DNA of 64,000 bases from contig OZ244744.1 in assembly GCA_965219455.1 (NCBI GenBank), positions 800,001-864,000 of the forward strand. The letters are read 5' to 3'. Positions 1 to 9,603 of the stretch are shown one piece after another. The stretch is from Candidatus Latescibacterota bacterium (GTDB lineage: Bacteria > Latescibacterota > UBA2968 > GCA-2709665). How positions within the stretch are numbered: the first letter of the stretch is position 1; each line of letters begins with the position of its first letter. Made by a program: the position numbers and the translations under genes. The notes beneath the pieces were generated by a model that worked only from the letters and a program-made list of their open reading frames with translations, was not told where the DNA came from and made no database searches.

Positions 1-18
1 TTTGGGCCTTATAGACAC
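1..18 (-). CDS. Possible 5' start of a gene running off the window edge (MSIRPK...)
   Basis: GTG at 18-16 preceded by a GGAGG Shine-Dalgarno (complement of 31-35). Only 6 codons are visible. Confidence 0.25.
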
Positions 19-405
19 AATCTTGAGTCCCCTCCGAAAAGGGCGGCTATGAAGGTTTCGTGTTATCCCTTTACTGTCCGAGAACCGTTGGAATTTTAGA
101 CATGACGTTTGAAAAATAGCCAAATGGGCGCCTATGGACACACGTGCTGTTAGCCCTAAGATAACCGAGTATTGATGTTGCTGAGCAAATTGGCGTTCTT
201 GACCTATGGTGTGGTTGATTGTTGTATCAGTGTTGCGTGTTTTGGCCGCGAATTTCCTGCCGCGATCCATGCAATCGAAAGCCGATATCCTGCGATGTCG
301 GCTTTCGCGTTTCCGTAACCGGAGCTTTTCACCCTCGCTCATTCGGCTGGTTTGCGTTTTGAACACCGTCACCCGGTTGGGAAGCCGCGATGTTGAAATG
401 GGCTA

Positions 406-434
406 TTGACGGATTGACGGCGAGTTCTTAATGT
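406..434 (+). promoter_or_regulatory. sigma70-type promoter
   Basis: TTGACG-17 bp-TAATGT upstream of the small ORF at 515. Confidence 0.5.
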
Positions 435-514
435 TCCGAGTGTAGACGCCACGCTTTCCCCGATTCTACCGTCGCGAAACACGGATCGGACGGGACACTG
501 GGATAGGGTTTCCA

Positions 515-676
515 ATGCGCCTGCTTGCTCGCACCCTTCAACTTGCCGGTCTCATCTATATGGGGTACGGCCTTTTTGTCGGCCTGTACGAAGAGGACAT
601 CGGCCGGGAGGTACGCTTTGCAGTCATCGGCGGTCTGATGTTCGTGGCTGGCTGGCTGCTGCAGAGACGCGTCTGA
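515..676 (+). CDS. Small two-helix membrane protein, 53 aa (not in the ORF track)
   Basis: MRLLARTLQLAGLIYMGYGLFVGLYEEDIGREVRFAVIGGLMFVAGWLLQRRV*: two hydrophobic segments with an acidic loop, and an upstream promoter. Confidence 0.7.
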   Translation: MRLLARTLQLAGLIYMGYGLFVGLYEEDIGREVRFAVIGGLMFVAGWLLQRRV

Positions 677-757
677 ATCGGAATATTCGGGCTGGCCACC
701 GATCGGATATCTTAATTAAAATCGCCGTTAACGCGCGGCGCCCCCGTCTGAAATTGC

Positions 758-786
758 TTGACAAAGTGAAGCCCGGAACCTAACCT
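758..786 (+). promoter_or_regulatory. sigma70-type promoter
   Basis: TTGACA-17 bp-TAACCT. Confidence 0.6.
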
Positions 787-896
787 CAACAGAGACGTCA
801 CCGGTAGTTCGGGACCGGCTGAATCGCGGACACCGAATTTAGCGTTAGCTACAACGCCATCCGCTACCCGCCGAGCCCGAAGCCACCGGACTGTTG
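787..896 (+). ncRNA. Structured 5' leader, possible c-di-AMP (ydaO)-like riboswitch variant
   Basis: Long nested pairing (ccggtagttcggg/cccgaagccaccgg, gcgga/tccgc, gcgtt/aacgc) with ydaO-like words GGGACC, GCTGAATC and GCCGAGCCCGAAGC. Confidence 0.3.
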
Positions 897-907
897 CAGA
901 ATGGAAT

Positions 908-1384
908 ATGAATTCGCCGAAAAAGGAGACCACTCGCGTGGCCAGGCAACGACGCAGACAGATGTCGGTTCTGTTTATACCCGATGACGGTTCGCGCACT
1001 GTGGTGTTCAAACTCGGTTACTGGACGCTAAGGGCGGCAGCCGGCGCACTCATGCTGCTGCTCACCATGCTGGTCCTGGAATTCGCCTTTTTCTGGAAGA
1101 TTCAGGAGTGGAGACAGTCGGCACAGACACTCAAGGAAGAAAACAGCAGGCTGAACGCGGAAGTCGCCCGCGTTGAAGAACTGGCGCTCACGCTGAAGCG
1201 AATCCAGGAAACCGATCAGAAACTGCGCCAGATGCTGTTGCCCAATGCCGGATTGGCGCCGGCCGCCTATCCGAATCCAATGTCATCCGGACGCCAGGCG
1301 GAGAATGGAAGTGAAGGTGTGTCCGTCGCCAACGCAGCGAAGCGCTCTTCCGGGTCCCCTCGCGATTCAGTAGACGCCAGATGA
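908..1384 (+). CDS. Membrane-anchored coiled-coil protein resembling the N-terminal part of M23 peptidases (no catalytic domain)
   Basis: SVLFIPDDGSRTVVFKL start, then a TM helix and coiled coil. Lies directly upstream of bactofilin. No HxxxD/HxH motifs. Confidence 0.7.
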   Translation: MNSPKKETTRVARQRRRQMSVLFIPDDGSRTVVFKLGYWTLRAAAGALMLLLTMLVLEFAFFWKIQEWRQSAQTLKEENSRLNAEVARVEELALTLKRIQETDQKLRQMLLPNAGLAPAAYPNPMSSGRQAENGSEGVSVANAAKRSSGSPRDSVDAR

Positions 1385-1516
1385 ATTCGGGATATCCCGA
1401 TACATTCAGTTGGATTCTTCAGTCGTCTCACCGGGCCAACTGTCCGTTCCGGGGGAGCCCCAAACCCATAAGACAATCTTCCTGAACAAGGGGAACACTC
1501 ACAAGCGGACATAGGC

Positions 1517-1939
1517 ATGTTAGGGTTCAAACAAAAGCTGGAAAAGGAAGCCATCAAGACGGTGATTGGCAAAAACACAGTTATGGAAGGTTCTTTTAAT
1601 ACCGACGAGAGCGTCAGGTTGGACGGAACGCTCAAGGGCGAGTTGCACGCCTTGGGCACCCTCGTCATCGGGCCTTCCGGAAAGGTCGACGCCACAATCG
1701 TTCGCGTCAGGGACGCGGTGATTGGCGGTAAGGTCACGGGCAGACTGGAGGCCGAGGGATGTGTTAAGCTGGAAGCCAGTGCCGTTTTCACGGGAGACAT
1801 CGCCGCACGCTCGATTATTGTGGAAGAAGGAGCCATCATCAAGGGGAAGTGCGCCGCCGGAGACGAAAATCAATCATCAAGGGTGGTTGACACACAGGAG
1901 TCCCTCCCTGCCGAAACAGAAGAAGAAACGTCGAACTGA
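1517..1939 (+). CDS. Bactofilin (polymer-forming cytoskeletal protein, CcmA family)
   Basis: TVIGKNTVMEG...VRLDG...LVIGPSGKV...IIVEEGAIIKGKC beta-helix pattern. Confidence 0.92.
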   Translation: MLGFKQKLEKEAIKTVIGKNTVMEGSFNTDESVRLDGTLKGELHALGTLVIGPSGKVDATIVRVRDAVIGGKVTGRLEAEGCVKLEASAVFTGDIAARSIIVEEGAIIKGKCAAGDENQSSRVVDTQESLPAETEEETSN

Positions 1940-1971
1940 TCGTCAGGCGCATCCAAAGACTACGGTTCTAC

Positions 1972-2020
1972 ATGAAAAACAGGCGTTCGCGGTTCCTATC
2001 CGCAAACGCCTGTTTCATTT
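1972..2020. terminator. Bidirectional hairpin terminator between convergent genes
   Basis: atgaaaaacaggcgttcgcgg...ccgcaaacgcctgtttcat inverted repeat. Confidence 0.6.
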
Positions 2021-2093
2021 GGCCGGGTTCAATCTCCAACGTCCCAATCCGGCGTCCGGTCCGAATTTCGGCCGGACCGGCACGATCTTCAAT

Positions 2094-3395
2094 TCAACGC
2101 TTAATCCGATACCTTCCGCCCGGCAAGATCCGCCTGGCGTTTTGAAGGCTCAGCTTGATCTCCAGAAACACATCGTTTCCCTCATAGGCCGTACTTAGAA
2201 TTTCGCCCACACGATACAGATCCGAAAGGAGCTTTCCTTCCGCCTGAGGAATGCGCAAATGCATCACCGTACGCTCGCCCTCGAGACGGTCGTAAATCGC
2301 CCAACGCAGATCGTCCAACCCCCGGGCCTCTTGTGCCGAGATCCAGATGCCGTCGGGGAATTCGGCCTGCAGACGCCTTTGCATTCCCGGGCCGTGAAAC
2401 CGATCGATCTTGTTGAAAGCCATCAACGTGGGGAACTCCGCAATACCCAGTTCCTGGAGCGTTTCATACACTGCCGCAATCTGCTCCTCGCACTTGGGAT
2501 GGCTCACATCTACAACATGCAATAACAGGTCCGCATCCATAGCCTCTTCGAGGGTACTCCTGAAGGAGGCAACAAGGTGATGAGGCAGCTTCCGTATGAA
2601 CCCGACCGTGTCGGTAAGTAAAATCTCCCGATTGTACCCCAGATATACTTTGCGGGTCGTTGAGTCCAGCGTTGCAAACAAGCGGTCTTCCACCAACACG
2701 TCGGCACCGGAAAGCGCGCGCATCAACGTTGATTTTCCGGCATTTGTATAGCCGACCAGGGAGATACGGAATGTATCCGTACGCTGTTTGCGCCCCAGTA
2801 CGCGCCGCCGGGCGATCCTGTTCAACGCTTTGGTCAATGTCCCGATACGACTCCGCAGCGCCCGGCGGTCCACCTCCAGCTGAGTCTCTCCCGGTCCCCG
2901 CGTTCCTATTCCGCCCGTTGTCCCGCCGTGGCCGGCCTGGCGCGACAGATGCGTCCATTGACGCGTCAGACGCGGCAGTAGATAGTTGAGCTGTGCCAAT
3001 TCCACCTGGGTCTGGGCCTCGTGGGTTTTCGCGCGACCGGCGAAAATATCCAGAATCAGTCGGCTCCTGTCGATCACGTTGACTCCCGCCAGTTCCTCCA
3101 GATTCTTGTACTGGGCAGGTGACAGGTCGTCGTCGAAAATCACCACCTGCGCATTCAGCTGCCTTACGCGGAGCGCCAGTTCCTCAGCCTTGCCCCGACC
3201 AATAAAAAAAGCCGGATCGATGCTTTCTCGCTTCTGCACCATCCGGTCCACAACCTGCGCGCCCGCCGTATCAGCGAGCAACGCAAGTTCATTCAACGTG
3301 TCGTCTGTATCCCAGGATGAATTGCCAGGAAGCGCCATCCCCACCAGAATTGCACGTTCCACTTCCCTGGTTGTGATTATCTCATGCACTGCCAA
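2094..3395 (-). CDS. hflX: Ribosome-splitting GTPase HflX
   Basis: GIGTRGPGETQLE, GYTNAGKST, DRLFATLD, DTVGFI, NKID motifs. Confidence 0.97.
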   Translation of the reverse strand: MAVHEIITTREVERAILVGMALPGNSSWDTDDTLNELALLADTAGAQVVDRMVQKRESIDPAFFIGRGKAEELALRVRQLNAQVVIFDDDLSPAQYKNLEELAGVNVIDRSRLILDIFAGRAKTHEAQTQVELAQLNYLLPRLTRQWTHLSRQAGHGGTTGGIGTRGPGETQLEVDRRALRSRIGTLTKALNRIARRRVLGRKQRTDTFRISLVGYTNAGKSTLMRALSGADVLVEDRLFATLDSTTRKVYLGYNREILLTDTVGFIRKLPHHLVASFRSTLEEAMDADLLLHVVDVSHPKCEEQIAAVYETLQELGIAEFPTLMAFNKIDRFHGPGMQRRLQAEFPDGIWISAQEARGLDDLRWAIYDRLEGERTVMHLRIPQAEGKLLSDLYRVGEILSTAYEGNDVFLEIKLSLQNARRILPGGRYRIKR

Positions 3396-3443
3396 TCAAT
3401 AAATCTCCTTCCGAGCAGGCACAGGCGTACCGGGCGCCACACC

Positions 3444-4229
3444 CTATTTTCGAGATTCGGATTTTCGGTCCGCCCTGGGCGAAAGCGCCCGGAGCTGATC
3501 CCGAAGCTGCGCGGCTCGTTCAAAATCTTCAATGGCAACAGCCTCGCTGAGTTGCTCTTTGAGGTCCTGAAATAGAGGCCTGGGCCGATCCTTGCGAATC
3601 TCTTCCGCCCATTCCTTCAAAAATACGACCTCTTCGCTGTCTTCCACCAGGTCGGGCCGGTCGTAATCTTTAAAAAAGCCCTGGATCTCTTCGATACCGT
3701 TGTTGATTTCACGGAGCGCCCGATCGAAATTCTCCGCCTCCAATTCCTGCAGAACGACCGCACGCACGCGATGCCCGATCACGAAGGGTCTGTATTGCTC
3801 GAGAACCATACTATCCTCTTCTTCACGCGCGTATTCCTTGACAAAATCGAACATGTCGAGATTTCGCTGAGCGTCATCCTGGGCAAGTCGATATTCTCCC
3901 AGTTCCAGAAAGCTGATCCGCCGATGGTAATACTGGAGCCCTTCAACCTGAAGTGCAAGGCAAACGTCGGGATCGAGGTTAAATGACTTCGAATCCCTCG
4001 ACGAAGACCCCACTTTTGCCTTGTAGTAGTGGAGCAACGACTCATGTCCGTGAGGACGCTGCCCGTCCGGGCGGCCGGCGACGTCCATCTGCAATATCCC
4101 CATCTCCACCCGGAGTTGGATTTTTTCCTTGTCATCCCTCCCCTTTATTCTCCTGACACAGAGTTTATCGGGCTCGTATGGCCAGCTATCGAGAAGAGGC
4201 TGAATGTCATCCATCCCCATAGGCGTCAT
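3444..4229 (-). CDS. Conserved hypothetical protein with C-terminal UvrB/UvrC motif
   Basis: IQLRVEMGILQMDVAGRPDGQRPHG domain and C-terminal AVAIEDFERAAQLRDQL. Start placed at ATG 4229 behind GGAGG. Confidence 0.8.
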   Translation of the reverse strand: MTPMGMDDIQPLLDSWPYEPDKLCVRRIKGRDDKEKIQLRVEMGILQMDVAGRPDGQRPHGHESLLHYYKAKVGSSSRDSKSFNLDPDVCLALQVEGLQYYHRRISFLELGEYRLAQDDAQRNLDMFDFVKEYAREEEDSMVLEQYRPFVIGHRVRAVVLQELEAENFDRALREINNGIEEIQGFFKDYDRPDLVEDSEEVVFLKEWAEEIRKDRPRPLFQDLKEQLSEAVAIEDFERAAQLRDQLRALSPRADRKSESRK

Positions 4230-4351
4230 CCTCCGGATTCCCACCTGAGCTTGCAATAGAACCGTTATGCCGGGTCCCTCTGTGATTTTACCACAACGCC
4301 TCCCCGTTGTCAAGGTTTTTGACCCTGTAAATCCAGCAAGCACAGACCGCC

Positions 4352-5647
4352 CTAAAGTGCTGCAACGACCGATTTGACCGCTCCACGCACCAGGTTCAAC
4401 TCTTCCTCTCCATGGGTCAGTCCCACGTACCAGCGGCCATCGGGCAACAATTGAACGCCCGCCTCCAGCATGCCTGTCCGGAATCGCGTGTACAGCGCCA
4501 TATCCGTCGCTTTCAGGTCCCGATATTGCACGGGCAGAGACACAACGCCAAAATGAACGTTAAAGACCGTGCCCACTCCCGAAATGCAGACCGGGATTCC
4601 CCGTGTAGCCGCGGCCGCTTCAATCGCCTGGCGAATCGCATACCCATGCGCATGCATCTGGTGAAAGAGCCGGGGATTGGCGCTCAAGATCCTGACCGTC
4701 GCAAGCCCCGCGGCAAGATTTACCGTGCTACCGTTATAAGTTCCCGCGTGGATCGTCGCACCGTCCCGGAGCACGTCGAACATCATCCGGGACCCCGCCA
4801 CCGCGGAAAGTGTAAAACCTCCGGCCAACGCCTTTGCGTAGACCGAAAGATCGGGGATAACGTTGAAATATTCCCGTGCGCCGCCCAAGGCAAGACGAAA
4901 CCCGGTAATGACCTCGTCAAATATCGAAACCGCGCCATTGCTTCGACAAAGTTCGACCATCCCCGTCAGGAACCCATCTGCAGGCATGATGGATCCGGAG
5001 TTGGCCAGCACCGGCTCGGTGATCACCGCTGCAATCTCCGCACCTCGTTCGGCGAACAGGTTTTCCAATAGGTCCAGGCGGTTCCAGGGCAGCGAGATTG
5101 TCTCCGCGTACTCGGCCGCCGGCTGTCCGCCGCACGCGCCTACCACCCTGGGGGCCTCCGGGCTGCCAAGGGCATCGTCGGATTCGTGGTAACTCACCAG
5201 TATATTATTCAACCATCCGTGGTAATGCCCCTCGAATTTGACGAACTTGGTCCGCCCGGTTGCCGCACGGGCAAGCCGCAGCGCCGCCTGAACGGCCTCG
5301 GAGCCCGTATTGGAAAAAATAACCTGGTCCACGCCCGGCAGCGTCTCCACCAGCAGTTTCGCAAACGCGACCTCTCCCGGATGCTGGGCGCCCAGGGTGT
5401 ATGAATTCTGAACCGCCGCCGTCACCGCCGCGTTCAACTCCGGGTGATTCGATCCCAGGATCAACGGCCCCCACGCCAGTGTATAGTCCAGCAATCTGTT
5501 CCCGTCCACGTCAACGTAGTACGGCCCCTCCGCACGCTCAAAGAATAGCGGCGGCGAGGTCACGGCGCGCCTCATCCCCGAAGACACCCCCATCGCGAGG
5601 TAACGGGAACTCGCTTCATAAAGCGCTGTGGATCGAACCGTATTCAT
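4352..5647 (-). CDS. Class-III PLP aminotransferase (glutamate-1-semialdehyde aminomutase-like)
   Basis: NTGSEAV, KFEGHYHG, IFDEVITGFR, AKALAGG (PLP Lys), HAGTYNG. Confidence 0.9.
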   Translation of the reverse strand: MNTVRSTALYEASSRYLAMGVSSGMRRAVTSPPLFFERAEGPYYVDVDGNRLLDYTLAWGPLILGSNHPELNAAVTAAVQNSYTLGAQHPGEVAFAKLLVETLPGVDQVIFSNTGSEAVQAALRLARAATGRTKFVKFEGHYHGWLNNILVSYHESDDALGSPEAPRVVGACGGQPAAEYAETISLPWNRLDLLENLFAERGAEIAAVITEPVLANSGSIMPADGFLTGMVELCRSNGAVSIFDEVITGFRLALGGAREYFNVIPDLSVYAKALAGGFTLSAVAGSRMMFDVLRDGATIHAGTYNGSTVNLAAGLATVRILSANPRLFHQMHAHGYAIRQAIEAAAATRGIPVCISGVGTVFNVHFGVVSLPVQYRDLKATDMALYTRFRTGMLEAGVQLLPDGRWYVGLTHGEEELNLVRGAVKSVVAAL

Positions 5648-5841
5648 CGTGGATAATCCTCTCCATGCATCGGTCTGCTAACAGTCCGTTGATAAAGTCG
5701 CTCTGCAGGCGAGGCCGAGTCATTGTGACCGAAGACAAGGCGCGCGACCGCGTCGAATCGGGGGATTCGGGCAGGGAGTGCAACGCAGTAATTCGGCCAC
5801 AAGGGCCGGACGCAGCCCGGATGGACTTTTTCAACGGGCTG

Positions 5842-8469
5842 CTAAGGTTCCACTATTCTGGGTTTGATGTCACACGTCGGACATACCCGCCGAAGATGGT
5901 CCCGCCGCGCTTTCCAGACCTCTATTGCCGGGACGAAGATCGAGTCGGCCCGGCCAACTTTTCCACGACGCTGCTTGCCTCTGCGATCCAGGGCCCTGTT
6001 CAGTTTCCCGGGCGGCACCGGACACAGCGTTGATCTGAACGCCAGCCCCTTGACCAGGCGCACGCCGCCGTCGGGCATCACAACATGGTAGGGATTGCCA
6101 AACGGGTCGATGCAGCCGCAGGGCACCGATAGCTCGGCCACGTGGTATGCCGTTGTGGCATTGTGGTCGACCCCCAGCAACACGACGTACCCGTTCCCGT
6201 GAACGAGTTGACCGATGGGGCTGTCCGTCGTCCACAATCCCTTTTTGCCGTGGTCCCTGCAAAGGGCCTCGGCCCTGGGCCCCACGGCAGCCACCGCGTG
6301 TGTGGGATGGTCGCTTCTAACCGCATCCGGGCGCCGCCAGAACGCATCGGGAATCGCGCCGTTCGTCGTCGGCGTCGTCATCGGATTGTATACCTGTGCG
6401 GCCCGATGGTTAAACGACGGCATCATCAGTGTGCCCCGCTTTCCGATCACCGCCAGCAAAGCCTCGATCACGGTATCCGCGCCACCCACCACGTGTCCGA
6501 TCGATGACAGGGAACTATGCACCATCACGTCCATGCCCCGCGCCAGTCCCAGCGCCCTGAGGTCCGCCACCAGGCCCGCGCGCGTCACCTGCTCCGATTT
6601 CTGAATGAGCTCTACGTACCCCAGTTCAGCGTGGGCCTCGAAATAAGCGATCACCCGCTCCACCTTCACCGCGCTCCCGGTCTCGCACGCCACGGCCTGC
6701 GAAATCTCCTGGAGCGACCGATTGCCGTCCGCCCAGAACAGTGCCCAGGGCGAAAGCACTTTCCCGCCAATGCGCCTGGCGATCTCAGGCGGCGTGTTCT
6801 CCCCGATGGGCGACAGGAAACGGGTACGCCTCGGAATCCGGTCATCGCCCTCATAATGTCTGCGACGACGGCGCCTCTTGCCCTTCACCGCGGTCTCCGC
6901 GGCTTCCCGGACCTCGCGCTCGCAGTCCATGAATCGCCTCAGGACATCCGAACGGCTCCCTCCCCACATCCAGCGATGAAGCTTCTGCAGATTCACCCGA
7001 TGCTGCTCACGCTCATATTCCACCTGCGCAACGGACAGACTCCCCCGCCGCACCCGCTTAATCGTCCGCGCGGTCTCCGTTGCGGCCACGTCGACGATTT
7101 CCTTGGTGCCCGCATCCGCCAGCCAGTACAGATAGCCCGCCATTGCCGTTGCGCACGCCGCCAACCCCACCGTGCTCATCAGACTCGGCGTATCGGCGGA
7201 TGAATGATAAGCATCGAATCCCCGGCCCGATTTCCGGTGGTGAGTGGTGAGCCAGGGGCACGGGAATCCATACTTCGGATCGCCAATCAGCGTATCGGAC
7301 GTGGGTTGAAACGGCTCCATAAACAGACGATACCCAGGATTTCGCACGCGGAGCGTTTCGGACAGGATAGCCTCGCCCAAACGGTCCACAAAGCCGGCCG
7401 ACATCGGGATCGTCGCATGCCACTCGAGCCGGCCGCCGCATACCGAAGGCCTGCTTCCCACCGTATCGATAACGACACCCGCAAGGGGCGTTTGCAGGCG
7501 CTGCACGTCTTCCATGTATTTGAAGAACCCGTGACATTCGTAGGCGTTCATCAGACGGATCGTGCGTCGGGGCCGAGGCAGCGCGCCGCCCTCGATCAAC
7601 GCCTCCAGAATGCGTGCGATTTCCAGGCAAAGCGCCACGCCCGATGCATTGTCGATCGCGCCCGGCTCCGAGCTGTGCGCGAGCGCCCACACTTCATCCT
7701 GAGGGTCCTCCGCGCCCCGCACAATCCCGCTCACCAGATCGTGAGTACCCTGGTAGTGCCGAATATCCACTTCTGTCCGCACCGTAAGGGTGCCGTGCTT
7801 CAGGAGCAGCCGCCGCAACCGTTTTCCCTGGTTCTCAGATAGCACCAGGCCGACCATCAGAAATGCCGCGTCCTGAATCGGCACACCGCCCCACCCGAAT
7901 TTCGTCCACGCGGTCGCGTTGGGCAGATTCGGCACCGGGTTATCGGTAACCACCCCGGCCGCGCCGGCTTCCGCGAAGGATCGCAACGCGCCGCGCGGAT
8001 CCATTCGCGTCAGCACCACCTTCCCGGCCAACCCGTCCCGTGGAATTCGACCCAGGGCCTCCTTTGAATCCACGACTGCCAGTTCGTTGTCCATTCCGCC
8101 GGGCGGCGTGGCATCGCTCCATTGAATCACGTGCCAGGGGTTCTCCTTGTAGTCCAGAATTCGCGTCTTGACCGGACGAATCACGTCCATTGTCGCAGAA
8201 CGCACATCCGCGGCCTTATGAATGATCCATCGCCCCGAGCCGATGGAACCTCCCGTCCGCATGGTGTGGACTTCCGCCTTCGCGCCAGACTCCTCGTAAC
8301 GGCGGACCAGAAACTCCGTGGTCTCCGAAAAACGATCGAATGAGTTCCACCGGTCAGTTGCCACAACGGCACGCACATCCTCCAGAACCCGTCTACCGTC
8401 AGTTTTTCCGTGCAAAAGGGGCAACACCGTTTTACAAAAGTCAGCGACCGAACCAGGCGCACCGTACAT
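5842..8469 (-). CDS. Fusion of DUF4910/M28-like (PA-domain) aminopeptidase and AAC(3)-family N-acetyltransferase
   Basis: AHSSEPGAIDNASG and YHSSADTP (M28-like), a WADGNRSL HTH-like part, then C-terminal VMVHSSLSSIG...GTLMMPSF...RSDHPTH...LLGVDHNATTAYHVAE (Antibiotic_NAT). Start could be as far up as 8511. Confidence 0.85.
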   Translation of the reverse strand: MYGAPGSVADFCKTVLPLLHGKTDGRRVLEDVRAVVATDRWNSFDRFSETTEFLVRRYEESGAKAEVHTMRTGGSIGSGRWIIHKAADVRSATMDVIRPVKTRILDYKENPWHVIQWSDATPPGGMDNELAVVDSKEALGRIPRDGLAGKVVLTRMDPRGALRSFAEAGAAGVVTDNPVPNLPNATAWTKFGWGGVPIQDAAFLMVGLVLSENQGKRLRRLLLKHGTLTVRTEVDIRHYQGTHDLVSGIVRGAEDPQDEVWALAHSSEPGAIDNASGVALCLEIARILEALIEGGALPRPRRTIRLMNAYECHGFFKYMEDVQRLQTPLAGVVIDTVGSRPSVCGGRLEWHATIPMSAGFVDRLGEAILSETLRVRNPGYRLFMEPFQPTSDTLIGDPKYGFPCPWLTTHHRKSGRGFDAYHSSADTPSLMSTVGLAACATAMAGYLYWLADAGTKEIVDVAATETARTIKRVRRGSLSVAQVEYEREQHRVNLQKLHRWMWGGSRSDVLRRFMDCEREVREAAETAVKGKRRRRRRHYEGDDRIPRRTRFLSPIGENTPPEIARRIGGKVLSPWALFWADGNRSLQEISQAVACETGSAVKVERVIAYFEAHAELGYVELIQKSEQVTRAGLVADLRALGLARGMDVMVHSSLSSIGHVVGGADTVIEALLAVIGKRGTLMMPSFNHRAAQVYNPMTTPTTNGAIPDAFWRRPDAVRSDHPTHAVAAVGPRAEALCRDHGKKGLWTTDSPIGQLVHGNGYVVLLGVDHNATTAYHVAELSVPCGCIDPFGNPYHVVMPDGGVRLVKGLAFRSTLCPVPPGKLNRALDRRGKQRRGKVGRADSIFVPAIEVWKARRDHLRRVCPTCDIKPRIVEP

Positions 8470-8514
8470 TCTGATTCTCCATCGTAAGATTGGAATCTGT
8501 GGACGTTTCAACCA

Positions 8515-9570
8515 TTACGTCATGGTACCGTTTTCCGACACGGGCACGCCCAGTTCTTCGGCCACGGAACGAATTTCCGACCAAGTCGCCTCCTCCACGA
8601 ACACCCCCTCCGCCTCCCGCTTCCTGCGGGTCTCCGTCTCGATCTCTCCCGGTACATAGATCTGGTCCACACCCGGCATCGTCGGCGACGACCTCACCCA
8701 ATCGATGAGGTCCCGCACCTCCGACTTGAAGTCGTCCACGTCGGCGAAACTCTCGATCTTTATTGCCAATGCCAAGAATCCGCTCCCGCCGCGCGTGGGC
8801 GTCTCCGTACTGCACCCGGCCCAGGAAAGGCCGCCCGCGATGGCGTCGATCATCATCGCCAGGCCGTATCCCTTGTGGCCGGCGGGTCCGCCGAGCGGCA
8901 ACATGGCCGCGTCTCCGGCGTAGAAGACCTCCGGATCGGTCACCGGGTTTCCGTGTCGGTCCACCAGCCAGCCTTCCGGCACGGACTGCTTCCGCACGCG
9001 GCAGATGTCGATCTTGCCGCCGGCCACGACGCTTGTCGTTATATCCAGCGTCATCGGCGGCCCGTCTGCCGTGGGGACGCCAATCGCAATCGGATTGGGC
9101 GGCAGCCGCCGGCCGGTACCTCCGAACGGCGCCGCGAACCGTCCGCCTCCGTTCAACATTAATATGCCGATACAGTCTTGCTCTGCCGCGATAGCGGGGA
9201 AATCGCCGAGACGGCCGATATGGCCGGACCGATGGACCGCAACCGCCCCGATCGTGTGTTGAAGGGCGCGGTCCACCGCCATACGCATGGCCAGATTGGC
9301 CACCACGATGCCGATCCCCCCGTCGGCGTCAATGGTCATCGAAACAGGCGTCTCCCGAACCACCTTGTGGCCTCCGGCGGGCTTGATTCCACCCGCCTTC
9401 ACCCCGCGCGCGTAGCCCGGCATCCGGATGATCCCGTGGGAGTCGTGCCCCACCAGATTCGCATCTACAAGATGATCCGTAACGATCCGCGCCTGATTTT
9501 CGGGCAGCCCGGCGGCCTCGAAGATCGCATATGCGCACTGTCTGAGGTTCAGATGTGACAAGATCGGCAT
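8515..9570 (-). CDS. Ldh_2-family (malate/L-lactate/ureidoglycolate-type) oxidoreductase
   Basis: ANLVGHDSHG, HIGRLG, NPIAIG, GHKGYGLA, IYVPGE. Confidence 0.93.
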   Translation of the reverse strand: MPILSHLNLRQCAYAIFEAAGLPENQARIVTDHLVDANLVGHDSHGIIRMPGYARGVKAGGIKPAGGHKVVRETPVSMTIDADGGIGIVVANLAMRMAVDRALQHTIGAVAVHRSGHIGRLGDFPAIAAEQDCIGILMLNGGGRFAAPFGGTGRRLPPNPIAIGVPTADGPPMTLDITTSVVAGGKIDICRVRKQSVPEGWLVDRHGNPVTDPEVFYAGDAAMLPLGGPAGHKGYGLAMMIDAIAGGLSWAGCSTETPTRGGSGFLALAIKIESFADVDDFKSEVRDLIDWVRSSPTMPGVDQIYVPGEIETETRRKREAEGVFVEEATWSEIRSVAEELGVPVSENGTMT

Positions 9571-9603
9571 TGACTCTCTCCGAAAGATGTGGTTTGCATC
9601 CGT

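Noticed and set aside
1-500. Replication origin in the AT-richer first 500 bp or near parAB
   Set aside because: No clustered TTATCCACA DnaA boxes or parS palindromes were seen
5842-6600. AAC(3) domain as an aminoglycoside-resistance gene
   Set aside because: It is fused to a peptidase-like domain in a metabolic cluster with no mobile context. Family membership alone does not show resistance.
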